64,000 nt of DNA from Actinomycetes bacterium (GTDB taxonomy: Bacteria > Actinomycetota > Actinomycetes > Actinomycetales > Cellulomonadaceae): the NCBI GenBank assembly GCA_023461115.1, contig JAEWOA010000259.1:7244-71243 (forward strand), read 5' to 3'. This document shows positions 1 to 8,590 of the stretch, in pieces. The position numbers were made by a program, and so were the translations under genes. Positions within the stretch are counted from its first letter, which is position 1. The number at the start of each line of letters is the position of its first letter. The notes beneath the pieces are model-generated. The model was not told the DNA's origin and did not search any database. It saw only the letters and a list, made by a program, of their open reading frames with translations.

Positions 1-102
1 GGCCGCGCCCGCTGCGCGGAGTGTGGCGGCCGCCGGGGCCGTGTCGGTGGCGGCGTCTAGTCTCGTCGGAGCGGCGCCGGCCGCGCGACGAGGAGGCCAC
101 GG

Positions 103-2484
103 ATGACGACGACCGCGACCCAGGGTGCCCGCGCCCACACGGCGGACGAGCACGACCTGATCCGGGTCCACGGCGCGCGTGAGAACAACCTCAAGGACGT
201 GAGCGTCGACCTGCCCAAGCGGCGGCTCACGGTGTTCACGGGGGTCTCCGGCTCGGGCAAGAGCTCGCTGGTGTTCGCGACGATCGCGGCGGAGTCGCAG
301 CGCCTGATCAACGAGACGTACAGCGCGTTCGTGCAGGGCTTCATGCCCACGCTCGCGCGCCCGGACGTGGACCGGCTCGAGGGCCTGACCACCGCGATCA
401 TCGTCGACCAGGAGCGCATGGGCTCCAACCCGCGCTCGACCGTCGGGACCGCGACCGACGCCAACGCGATGCTCCGCATCCTGTTCAGCCGCCTGGCCAC
501 GCCGCACCTCGGCGGGCCCAACGCGTACTCGTTCAACATCCCGACCGTCAGCGCGTCGGGCGCGATCACGGTGGACAAGGGCGAGGCGACGAAGGCCGAG
601 AAGGTCACGTTCAACCGCCTGGGCGGCATGTGCCCGCGGTGCGAGGGCATGGGCTCGGTCAACGACTTCGACAAGTCCGCGCTGTACGACGACAGCAAGT
701 CGCTCGCCGAGGGCGCGCTGACCGTCCCGGGCTACACGATCGACGGCTGGTACGGCCGGATCTTCCGCGCGAGCGGCCTCTTCCCCGCCGACAAGCCCAT
801 CCGCGAGTTCACGCCCAAGCAGCTGCGCGCGCTGCTGTACCAGGAGCCGACCCGCATCAAGGTCGAGGGCATCAACGTCACGTTCGAGGGGCTGATCCCC
901 AAGATCCAGAAGTCGTTCCTGGCCAAGGACGTGGACGCGATGCAGCCGCACATCCGCGCGTTCGTCGAGCGCGCGGTCACGTTCACGACGTGCCCCGAGT
1001 GCGAGGGCACGCGGCTGGGGCCCGAGGCGCGGGCCTCGAAGATCGGCGGCAGGAGCATCGCGGACGTGTGCGCGATGCAGATCTCCGACCTCGCGGAGTG
1101 GGTGCGGGGGCTCGACGAGCCGACAGTCGCTCCGCTGCTCGCGGGGCTGCAGCACCTGCTCGACTCGTTCGCCGAGATCGGGTTGGGCTACCTCTCGCTC
1201 GACCGGCCCGCCGGGACCCTCTCTGGCGGCGAGGCGCAGCGCACCAAGATGATCCGGCACCTCGGCTCGTCGCTCACCGACGTCACGTACGTGTTCGACG
1301 AGCCCACGATCGGGCTGCACCCGCACGACATCGAGCGAATGAACACGCTGCTGCTGCAACTGCGGGACAAGGGCAACACCGTGCTCGTGGTCGAGCACAA
1401 GCCCGAGTCGATCGCGATCGCGGACCATGTGGTCGACCTCGGCCCGGGCGCCGGGTCAGCGGGCGGGACCATCTGCTTCGAGGGGACGGTCGAGGGCCTG
1501 CGCGCGTCCGACACGGTCACGGGCCGGCACCTCGACGACAGGGCCACGCTCAAGGCGTCGGTGCGGTCCGCGACGGGTGCGCTCGAGGTCCGCGGCGCCT
1601 CCGCGCACAACCTGGTCGACGTCGACGTCGACATCCCGTTGGGCGTGTTGTGCGTGGTCACGGGCGTGGCGGGGTCCGGCAAGTCGTCGCTGATCCACGG
1701 CTCGGTGGCGCCGCGCGACGGGGTCGTCGCGATCGATCAAGGAGCAATCCGAGGGTCGAGGCGCAGCAACCCCGCCACCTACACCGGCCTGCTCGAGCCG
1801 ATCCGCAAGGCGTTCGCCAAGGCCAACGGGGTCAAGCCCGCGCTCTTCTCGTCGAACTCCGAGGGCGCGTGCCCCACGTGCAACGGCGCCGGAGTGATCT
1901 ACACCGACCTCGGCGTGATGGCGACGGTCGAGTCCACGTGCGACGAGTGCGAGGGCAAGCGGTTCCAGGCGTCGGTGCTGGAGTACACGTTCGGCGGCCG
2001 CAACATCGCCGAGGTCCTCGCGCTTCCGGTGACGGACGCGCTCGAGTTCTTCGCGTCGGGCGACGCCAAGACCCCAGCGGCCCACTCGATCCTCGCGCGG
2101 CTCGTCGACGTCGGGCTCGGCTACCTGACCCTCGGCCAACCGCTCACCACGCTGTCCGGCGGCGAGCGTCAGCGCCTCAAGCTCGCGACCCACCTCGGCG
2201 AGAAGGGCGGCGTCTACATCCTCGACGAGCCCACCACGGGCCTACACCTCGCGGACGTGCAGCAACTCCTCGCGCTGCTGGACCGGCTGGTCGAGTCCGG
2301 GAAGTCGGTGATCGTGATCGAGCACCACCAGGCGGTCATGGCCCATGCGGACTGGATCGTCGACCTCGGCCCGGGGGCCGGGCACGACGGCGGCCGCGTG
2401 GTGTTCGAGGGGACGCCGACAGAGCTCGTCGCCGCGCGCTCCACCCTGACCGGGGAGCACCTGGCGGCGTACGTGGGGGCGTGA
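103..2484 (+). CDS. UvrA-like ABC ATPase (excinuclease ABC subunit A paralogue, short class)
   Basis: 793-aa ORF. Two Walker A motifs (GVSGSGKSSL, GVAGSGKSSL), two LSGGE signatures and four CxxC Zn-finger pairs (CPRCEG, CPECEG, CPTCNG, CDECEG). GAGGAGG RBS before ATG 103. About 150 aa shorter than canonical UvrA. Confidence 0.85.
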   Translation: MTTTATQGARAHTADEHDLIRVHGARENNLKDVSVDLPKRRLTVFTGVSGSGKSSLVFATIAAESQRLINETYSAFVQGFMPTLARPDVDRLEGLTTAIIVDQERMGSNPRSTVGTATDANAMLRILFSRLATPHLGGPNAYSFNIPTVSASGAITVDKGEATKAEKVTFNRLGGMCPRCEGMGSVNDFDKSALYDDSKSLAEGALTVPGYTIDGWYGRIFRASGLFPADKPIREFTPKQLRALLYQEPTRIKVEGINVTFEGLIPKIQKSFLAKDVDAMQPHIRAFVERAVTFTTCPECEGTRLGPEARASKIGGRSIADVCAMQISDLAEWVRGLDEPTVAPLLAGLQHLLDSFAEIGLGYLSLDRPAGTLSGGEAQRTKMIRHLGSSLTDVTYVFDEPTIGLHPHDIERMNTLLLQLRDKGNTVLVVEHKPESIAIADHVVDLGPGAGSAGGTICFEGTVEGLRASDTVTGRHLDDRATLKASVRSATGALEVRGASAHNLVDVDVDIPLGVLCVVTGVAGSGKSSLIHGSVAPRDGVVAIDQGAIRGSRRSNPATYTGLLEPIRKAFAKANGVKPALFSSNSEGACPTCNGAGVIYTDLGVMATVESTCDECEGKRFQASVLEYTFGGRNIAEVLALPVTDALEFFASGDAKTPAAHSILARLVDVGLGYLTLGQPLTTLSGGERQRLKLATHLGEKGGVYILDEPTTGLHLADVQQLLALLDRLVESGKSVIVIEHHQAVMAHADWIVDLGPGAGHDGGRVVFEGTPTELVAARSTLTGEHLAAYVGA

Positions 2485-2503
2485 GCCTGGCCCCGCGACC
2501 GAG

Positions 2504-2527
2504 CCCCGGCCGTGGCGCGCGCCGGGG
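2504..2527 (+). terminator. GC-rich stem-loop downstream of the uvrA-like gene
   Basis: CCCCGGC-N10-GCCGGGG hairpin about 20 nt after the TGA at 2482-2484. There is no U-tract, so the call is weak. Confidence 0.3.
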
Positions 2528-2545
2528 CGCCGAGCCTCGGGATCT

Positions 2546-2598
2546 GGGCGTCAGAGACCGGGCGTCAGAGAGCCGGGCGTCAGACCGGGCGTCAGAGA
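2546..2598. repeat. Four tandem copies of GGGCGTCAGAGA (period 12-15 nt)
   Basis: Copies at 2546-2557, 2560-2571, 2575-2584 (truncated) and 2587-2598. The last copy contains the stop codon (TCA = TGA on the minus strand, 2592-2594) of the small minus-strand ORF. Confidence 0.85.
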
Positions 2599-2804
2599 AC
2601 GGCGCCCAGCGCCGCAGCGATGCCGAAGCCGATGAGCGTCCACGCCACCATGCTGACCGCGACGTAGCCGACGAACCGCCAGCGGTTGCTCGCGGAGCCC
2701 TCGAAGCGGGGCGCGGGCGCCCAGCGCATCGCGTGCAGCCCGCGGCGCAGGCGAGCGAACACCGGCGAAGGGACGTACGTGCGGGGCAGCGGCATGGTGG
2801 TCAC
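2592..2804 (-). CDS. Small hypothetical membrane protein (C-terminal TM helix)
   Basis: High GC3 codon pattern. AAGGAG lies 7 nt upstream of GTG 2804 (alternative ATG at 2795). Hydrophobic C-terminus FVGYVAVSMVAWTLIGFGIAAALGAVL. No family recognised. Confidence 0.45.
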   Translation of the reverse strand: MTTMPLPRTYVPSPVFARLRRGLHAMRWAPAPRFEGSASNRWRFVGYVAVSMVAWTLIGFGIAAALGAVL

Positions 2805-2927
2805 GGGAGGCTCCTTGTGGGCAAGTTCGTGGCGCGGCAGTGGCGTCGGGGTCACCGACCCGTCAATCGTCTCACCATGCGGATGAGCGCCGCGTGGGGC
2901 TTTCGGCCCGAGGGGTAGGTTCACCCG

Positions 2928-4187
2928 GTGCTCCACCGCGTCGCCGAAGTCCTGTCACCCGCCCGCCTCGGCAACCAGTTCCGGTGGCTGCTGGGCTCGT
3001 CGTGGTCGACCAACCTGGGCGACGGCATCGTCATCGCGGCCGGCCCGCTGCTCGTCGCCTCCCGGACGGACTCGGCGTTCCTGGTCGCGTCCGCCGCGTT
3101 CCTGCAATGGCTCCCACCGCTGCTCTTCGGCCTGTGGGCGGGCGCGCTCACGGACCGGTTGGACCGCCGCCGCCTCGTCATCGCCGTGAACTGGGCGCGC
3201 GTGGTCGTCCTGGCGTCGCTCGCGTTCGCGGTGCTGGTCGACTCCGCTCCGATCGCGCTGGTTCTGACCGCGATGTTCCTGCTCGGCACCGCCGAGACGT
3301 TCGCGGACAACGCGTCGGCCACGTTGATCCCGATGCTCGTGCGCCGCGACGACCTCGCGATCGCCAACTCCCGCATCCAGGCGGGCTTCATCACGGTCAA
3401 CCAGCTGATCGGGCCGCCGATCGGCGCCGCGCTGTTCGCGGCCGGCCACGCCTCGCCGTTCGTCGTCGACGCGCTGCTGATCGCCGCAGGCGCGCTCATG
3501 GTGGCCAGGCTCCAGCTCCCGCCGCACGGCCTGGCCAAGCACGAGCGCTCGCACATCCGCGCGGAGATCGCCGAGGGCGTGCGGTGGGTGTGGCACCACG
3601 CCGCGGTGCGCACGCTCGTGCTGACGATCCTGATCTTCAACGTCACGTTCGGCGCCGCGTGGTCGGTGCTGGTGCTGTACGCCAAGGACCATCTGGGCCT
3701 GGGCGCGATCGGGTTCGGCCTGGTCACCACCGTGCAGGCCGCCGGCGGCCTCGTCGGGACCGCGTGCTACGGGTGGCTGACCCGCCACATCTCACTCGCG
3801 GACCTCCTGCGCATCGGCCTCATCATCGAGACCCTGACGCACCTGGCGCTCGCGCTGACGCGCACCCCGTGGGTCGCGCTCGTCGTGTTCTTCGTCTTCG
3901 GCGCCCACGCGTTCGTCTGGGGCACGACGAGCATCACGGTCCGCCAACGCGCGGTCCCCACCGCGCTGCAGGGCCGCGTCGGCTCGGTGAACCTGGTCGG
4001 GGTGTTCGGCGGCCTGGTGGTCGGCTCGCTGGTCGGCGGCGTGCTGGCCCAGCGCTACGGGGTGACGGCGCCGTTCTGGTTCGCGTTCGTCGGCTCGGCG
4101 GTGTTCGTCGTGCTGATCTGGTCGCAGCTCCGGCACGTCGCCCACGCCGACGCCCAGGACTCCCCGCTCGACGAGAACGCCGCCTGA
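2928..4187 (+). CDS. MFS transporter (EntS/macrolide-efflux-like)
   Basis: 419-aa ORF with multiple hydrophobic helices throughout. MFS loop motif GALTDRLDRRRL after TM2. GTG start. Confidence 0.85.
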   Translation: MLHRVAEVLSPARLGNQFRWLLGSSWSTNLGDGIVIAAGPLLVASRTDSAFLVASAAFLQWLPPLLFGLWAGALTDRLDRRRLVIAVNWARVVVLASLAFAVLVDSAPIALVLTAMFLLGTAETFADNASATLIPMLVRRDDLAIANSRIQAGFITVNQLIGPPIGAALFAAGHASPFVVDALLIAAGALMVARLQLPPHGLAKHERSHIRAEIAEGVRWVWHHAAVRTLVLTILIFNVTFGAAWSVLVLYAKDHLGLGAIGFGLVTTVQAAGGLVGTACYGWLTRHISLADLLRIGLIIETLTHLALALTRTPWVALVVFFVFGAHAFVWGTTSITVRQRAVPTALQGRVGSVNLVGVFGGLVVGSLVGGVLAQRYGVTAPFWFAFVGSAVFVVLIWSQLRHVAHADAQDSPLDENAA

Positions 4188-4288
4188 CGGCCGCGCGAGA
4201 CTCCGAAGCCCGGACCTGTCGATCCCAGGCCCGTCCGCGCGTCATCCTGACGTGAGGGCGGCGCCGGCCGCCCGACGAGGAGGCGATC

Positions 4289-4690
4289 ATGTCCGAAGAG
4301 ACGGCCACGCAGACCCCCGACGAGTCGGTGGCGCCCGACGAGTCCACCTACGTGCTCCTCCTGCACGGCCCCGAGGCCGTGTGGCTGACGGCGACGCCCG
4401 CCGACTACGAGCGCGCGATGGCCGACCACGGCGCCTTCACGGCCGCGTGCGCCGAGCACGGTCATCGCATCCTCGGAGGCGAGGAGCTCATGCCGTCGAC
4501 GGAGTCACGCGTGATCCGCCGGGCCGAAGGCGCGGTCGCGGTGTCGGACGGCCCGTTCACCGAGCTCGTCGAGCAGCTCGGCGGCTTCTACCTGATCGCG
4601 ACGCGGGACCTCGACGATCTGGCCACGCTGGTCGCCCGCCTGCTGCAGGACGGCGAGGCAGCAGAGCTCCGTCCCGTCGTCGCGCACTGA
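4289..4690 (+). CDS. YCII-related domain protein
   Basis: 133 aa. Contains the DGPFTE...GGFYLI pattern typical of the YCII/DGPF family. GAGGAGG RBS. Sits immediately upstream of a sigma factor, a common pairing. Confidence 0.75.
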   Translation: MSEETATQTPDESVAPDESTYVLLLHGPEAVWLTATPADYERAMADHGAFTAACAEHGHRILGGEELMPSTESRVIRRAEGAVAVSDGPFTELVEQLGGFYLIATRDLDDLATLVARLLQDGEAAELRPVVAH

Positions 4691-4697
4691 CGGGCAC

Positions 4698-6083
4698 GTG
4701 CGGAGCCTGGGGGTCCAGGATGGGCCCGTGCGCGTTCCCGACGAGGCAGTCCCACCACCCCAGGCCACAGCGACCAGTTCTGCCGACGCCACTTCGTCCG
4801 ACGCCACTACATCCGATGCCACGGCCGCCGACGCCGCGGTCGCCGCGGCCTGGCGGGAGAGCTGGGGCCGGATCGTCGCGCTGCTCGTCGCGCAGTACCG
4901 CCGCCCGGACCTGGCGGAGGACGCCGCGGCCGACGCCTTCGCCACCGCGACGACCCACTGGCGCGCCGACGGCGTCCCGACCAACCCCGGCGCCTGGCTC
5001 CTCACCGCCGCCCGCCGGCGCGTCCTGGACCGCCTGCGCTCCGAAGCGGTGCACCAGCGCAAGGCCCCGCTGATGGCCGTCGACGACGAGATGCGCACGC
5101 TCGCCGCCGCGGCCGACGACCCGGGCGCGCACGTCGCGGACGAGCAGCTCCGCATGATCTTCGTCTGCTGCCACCCCTCGGTGTCGGCCGACGACCGCGT
5201 GGCGCTCACGCTGCGGTTCGTCGTCGGCCTGCCCACCGGGGAGATCGCGCGGCTGCTGCTGGTGCAGGAGTCCGCGATGGCGGCGCGGGTCACTCGCGCC
5301 AAGAAGCGCCTGGCGTCGGCGGGCGTGCCGTTCGCGACGCCACCGGCCGCCGAGCTCGGCGAACGCCTGGACGTCGTCGCCACAGTCATCTATCTGGCCT
5401 TCACGTCCGCGTACCAGGCGGGGCCCGACGAGGTCGCGCTGGCCGACGAGGCGATCCGGCTCGCCCGGCTGCTGGCCAGCCTGCTGCCGGGCAGGGACGT
5501 CGTCGAGGCCCTGCTCGCGCTCATGCTGCTGCAGCACTCCCGGCGGTACGCGCGGCTCTCGTCGGACGGGGAGCTGATCCTGCTGCCGGACCAGGACCGC
5601 GGGCTGTGGCGCTCGGACGAGATCGCCGAGGGTCTGGGGCTCGTGGCCGGGCTGCCCGCGGAGTCCAGCACCAAGCTCGCGCTGGAGTACCGGCTGCAGG
5701 CGCTGATCGCCGCGGAGCACGCGCGGGCGGACGCGCCCGGCGACACCCGCTGGGCGCGCATCGCGTGGTACTACCAGCAGCTCGAGGAGCTCACCGGCTC
5801 GCCGGTGGTCCGGCTGGCCCGCGCGGTCGCGGTGGCCGAGGCGATCGGGCCGCGCGCAGGGCTGGCGCTGCTGGAGGGTCTCGACGAGGCGCTGCCCCGC
5901 CACCACCGCCTCCCCGCGGTACGCGCCGAGCTCCTGATCCGCGCCGGCGACCACGAGGCCGCGGCCACCCAGTACCACCGCGCCCTCACCCTGGCGACCA
6001 ACCCGGCAGAACGCCGCCACCTCCACGCCCGCCTCTCCACCCTCCCCACCTCACCCACCCCAGGCGCGAGCCCCGCAGTTTGA
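4698..6083 (+). CDS. ECF-type RNA polymerase sigma factor with a long C-terminal helical extension
   Basis: Region 2 (DLAEDAAADAF...NPGAWLLTAARRRVLDRLR) and a region 4 HTH (LRFVVGLPTGEIARLLLVQESAMAARVTRAKKRL), followed by an extension of about 230 aa. The start is uncertain (GTG 4698 or GTG 4728). The N-terminus holds 4 copies of a 15-nt in-frame repeat (4779-4838). Confidence 0.8.
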   Translation: MRSLGVQDGPVRVPDEAVPPPQATATSSADATSSDATTSDATAADAAVAAAWRESWGRIVALLVAQYRRPDLAEDAAADAFATATTHWRADGVPTNPGAWLLTAARRRVLDRLRSEAVHQRKAPLMAVDDEMRTLAAAADDPGAHVADEQLRMIFVCCHPSVSADDRVALTLRFVVGLPTGEIARLLLVQESAMAARVTRAKKRLASAGVPFATPPAAELGERLDVVATVIYLAFTSAYQAGPDEVALADEAIRLARLLASLLPGRDVVEALLALMLLQHSRRYARLSSDGELILLPDQDRGLWRSDEIAEGLGLVAGLPAESSTKLALEYRLQALIAAEHARADAPGDTRWARIAWYYQQLEELTGSPVVRLARAVAVAEAIGPRAGLALLEGLDEALPRHHRLPAVRAELLIRAGDHEAAATQYHRALTLATNPAERRHLHARLSTLPTSPTPGASPAV

Positions 6084-6129
6084 GCCCAATCCGGCAGTTC
6101 AAACTGCCGGTGTGGGCTCAAACTGCCGG
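6076..6129. repeat. Long imperfect palindrome (CCGGCAG/CTGCCGG type) overlapping the sigma-factor stop codon
   Basis: GCAGTTTGAGCCCA-at-CCGGCAGTT-C-AAACTGCCGG-tg-TGGGCTCAAACTGCCGG. The arms are about 27 nt with 2 mismatches. A C-rich tract (6040-6062) precedes it. Confidence 0.85.
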
Positions 6130-6264
6130 AATCACCGCCCGACGATCGGGCTGTCCACAGGGTGCGGCACGCCAACCGCCCAGGTCGGGCACCCTCGGCG
6201 CATGCCTCGACGACCCGGCGTCACCCCGGCACTGAGCCCACCGCCCGCCTTCGGCGCCCAGCTC

Positions 6265-7137
6265 ATGCTGGCCAGCACGAGTCCGAGCTCGCTCGTGCGA
6301 CGACGGGTCGCCGCCGGCGCCGCACGGAGGATCGCGCGCGGGGTCTACGTGCTCCCTGGCCCGGAGCCAGGGAGGTCCGACGACACCTGGGCGCGGATCG
6401 CCGGCGTCCAGCGGCGCCTCACTGGCCACGTCTTCAGCCACGAGTCGGCGGCGTTCCTGCATGGCCTCCCGCTGTGGCGGCAGTCGTCCCGCGTGCACGT
6501 CTACCAGCCTTCCTCGGCGAGTTCGCGTTCGGACCGCACGGTTGTGCGGCACACGCCTCTGCCGCCGGACGAGCACGTCGTCGACCTCCTCGGGACCAGA
6601 GCAACAGCGCTTGCGCGGACGGTGTGGGACTGCGCGACGACCATGCCGCCGGCCGGCGCGTTCGTCGTCGTCGACGCCGCACTCCATGCGGGCCTGCCGC
6701 GAGACGAACTCACGCTCCTCGCCACGGGTGCTGCCGGCCGGCGCGGCGCGGGCCGCGGGCGGGCAGTGCTCGACTTCGCCGACGAGGGCGCGGAGTCGCC
6801 TCCGGAGTCGGTGTGCAGGTTCCGCGCGCTTCTCGCTGGACTCCCCGTCCCCACGACGCAGATCCCGGTGCGGACGCACACGGGGAACTACTGGGCGGAC
6901 CTGGGCTGGCCCGAGTGGCGCTTGCTCCTGGAGTACGACGGTCGCGTCAAGTACCCCGACAGCTCGGCGTTCATGGCGGAGAAGCGGCGGCACGACTCGA
7001 TCGTCGAGACGGGCTGGCGGATTGTCCGCCTCACCGCCGTGGACCTGCGGACACAGGCCGACTTCGAACGCCGTCTCCGCGAGCACGTTCCGGCGGCGGC
7101 GTGGCCGAGGGCACGTCGACGCGAGCTGACCTGGTGA
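6265..7137 (+). CDS. AbiEi-like N-terminal domain / DUF559 (Vsr-like endonuclease fold) family protein
   Basis: N-terminal LVRRRVAAGAARRIARGVYVLPG motif. C-terminal ADLGWPEWRLLLEYDGRVKY...RHDSIVETGWRIVRLTAVDL is typical of DUF559. Start taken at ATG 6265; the ORF is open from 6112. Confidence 0.7.
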   Translation: MLASTSPSSLVRRRVAAGAARRIARGVYVLPGPEPGRSDDTWARIAGVQRRLTGHVFSHESAAFLHGLPLWRQSSRVHVYQPSSASSRSDRTVVRHTPLPPDEHVVDLLGTRATALARTVWDCATTMPPAGAFVVVDAALHAGLPRDELTLLATGAAGRRGAGRGRAVLDFADEGAESPPESVCRFRALLAGLPVPTTQIPVRTHTGNYWADLGWPEWRLLLEYDGRVKYPDSSAFMAEKRRHDSIVETGWRIVRLTAVDLRTQADFERRLREHVPAAAWPRARRRELTW

Positions 7138-7140
7138 GCC

Positions 7141-7214
7141 GGCAGTGCGAGTCCGGCACATTGAGTCGAGACCGGCAGCCTGAACTGCCGGTCTCGGGCC
7201 GAACTGCCGGTCCC
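7141..7214. repeat. CCGGCAG/CTGCCGG repeat cluster with a hairpin
   Basis: GAGACCGGCAG-cctgaa-CTGCCGGTCTC hairpin (7168-7195), plus extra CCGGCA(G/C) and GAACTGCCGGTC copies. Positions 7172-7210 match 6091-6129 at 30 of 39 positions in direct orientation. Confidence 0.85.
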
Positions 7215-7228
7215 GCGGCTGAGGGCGG

Positions 7229-8497
7229 TTAGGCCGTGAGCAACAGGGCGAGCAACGTCAGGTTCAGTGCGACCACCAGGGTCACCACCGTGATGAGGAC
7301 CGCGTGCAGGCGGGCGCCGGTACGGGCCTCGCCCATCAGTGTCGCGTCGCGCGTGAGGCGGACCAGCGGGATGGCCGCGAACGGGATGCCGAAGCTCAGC
7401 ACCACCTGGCTGACGACGAGGGTCCACGTCGGGTCGGCGCCCAACGCGAGCAGCAGGACCGCGGGGATCAGCGTCACCACGCGCCGGACCAGCAGCGGCA
7501 CGCGGCGGCGCAGCAGCCCGGCCATGATCGTCGCACCCGCGTAGGCCCCCACCGACGTGGACGCGAGCCCCGACGCCAACAGCCCCACCGCGAACGCCAC
7601 ACCGACCACCGGGCCCAGGCTCGCGGCGATCGCGGCGTGCGCGCCCTCGATCGAGTCGGTCCCCGGCACGCCGCGCAGCCCTGAGGCCGCGAGCAGCAGC
7701 AGCCCGATGTTCACCACACCGGCGACGACGAGCGCGATGCCCACGTCCCACTTGGTGGCGCGCAGCAGCCGCGCGCGCCACGGCCCGGCGGGCGCGAGGC
7801 CGTGGCGGTCCCGGGCGAGCGCGGAGTGCACGTAGATCGCGTGCGGCATCACGGTGGCGCCCAGCATCGAGGCGGCCAGGAGCACGGAGTCCGAGCCGTC
7901 GAACCGCGGCACCAGCCCGGAGAGCATGCCGGCGGCCGACGGCGGGCTGACGACGAGCCCCGCCAGGAATCCGAGCGTGATGACGGCGAGCAACCCGACG
8001 ACGACGGCCTCGAACTGCCGCTGCCCGTACCGGTTCTGCGTGGCCAGCAACGCCAGCGACACCGCGCCGACGATCAGCCCGCCCAGCGCGAGCGGCACCC
8101 CGAACAGCAGGTGCAACGCGATCGCCCCGCCGACGACCTCCGCGATGTCGGTGGCCGCGGCCACGAGTTCCGCTTGCGCCCAGAACGCGAGCCGCGGCCC
8201 TCGTCGCAACCGCCGCCCGAGCGCGTCCGGCAGCGAGAGCCCCGTGACCAGGCCGAGCTTGGCGGACTGGTACTGGATCAGCACCGCGATGCCGTTCGCG
8301 GCGACGAGCACCCACAGCAGCAGGTACCCGTACCGCGCCCCTGCGGTGAGGTTGGCGGCCACGTTGCCGGGGTCCACGTACGCGATCGCGGCGACGAACG
8401 CCGGCCCCAGGAGCCACGCGCCCCCGCGCCCCGCGGAGCGCACCCCGACGGGCGCGCCAGGGTTGCGCGAGCCCGTGGAAGCCTGGCGGAGCGACAT
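7229..8497 (-). CDS. mntH: Nramp-family divalent metal (Mn2+/Fe2+) transporter
   Basis: Contains AYVDPGNVAANLTAGARYGYLLLWV and about 11 TM segments. Start taken at ATG 8497 with a GAGG RBS; the ORF is open to 8560. Confidence 0.9.
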   Translation of the reverse strand: MSLRQASTGSRNPGAPVGVRSAGRGGAWLLGPAFVAAIAYVDPGNVAANLTAGARYGYLLLWVLVAANGIAVLIQYQSAKLGLVTGLSLPDALGRRLRRGPRLAFWAQAELVAAATDIAEVVGGAIALHLLFGVPLALGGLIVGAVSLALLATQNRYGQRQFEAVVVGLLAVITLGFLAGLVVSPPSAAGMLSGLVPRFDGSDSVLLAASMLGATVMPHAIYVHSALARDRHGLAPAGPWRARLLRATKWDVGIALVVAGVVNIGLLLLAASGLRGVPGTDSIEGAHAAIAASLGPVVGVAFAVGLLASGLASTSVGAYAGATIMAGLLRRRVPLLVRRVVTLIPAVLLLALGADPTWTLVVSQVVLSFGIPFAAIPLVRLTRDATLMGEARTGARLHAVLITVVTLVVALNLTLLALLLTA

Positions 8498-8512
8498 TCG
8501 GTGCACCTCGTC

Positions 8513-8537
8513 TAGAAGTTCGGAGACCCGAACTCTA
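8513..8537 (-). promoter_or_regulatory. Palindrome upstream of mntH (candidate metalloregulator operator or hairpin)
   Basis: AGTTCGG-agac-CCGAACT, perfect 7-bp arms (8517-8534) with flanking TAGA/CTA extension. Lies 16-40 nt upstream of the mntH start. Confidence 0.35.
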
Positions 8538-8590
8538 ACGCGGACCCGACCGTCCACCACCCCGACACGGCGAGGGCCTCAGCGGGCGGG

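Noticed and set aside
57-698. A 213-aa minus-strand ORF at the window start.
   Set aside because: It is entirely antisense to the well-supported uvrA-like gene and has no motifs. It is a GC-frame artefact.
2546-2598. A possible CRISPR array. The same question applies to the other short tandem repeats at 10387-10420, 48259-48296 and 45961-45998.
   Set aside because: The units are only 12-19 nt and directly abutting, with no unique spacers of 25-40 nt. No cas genes are in the window.
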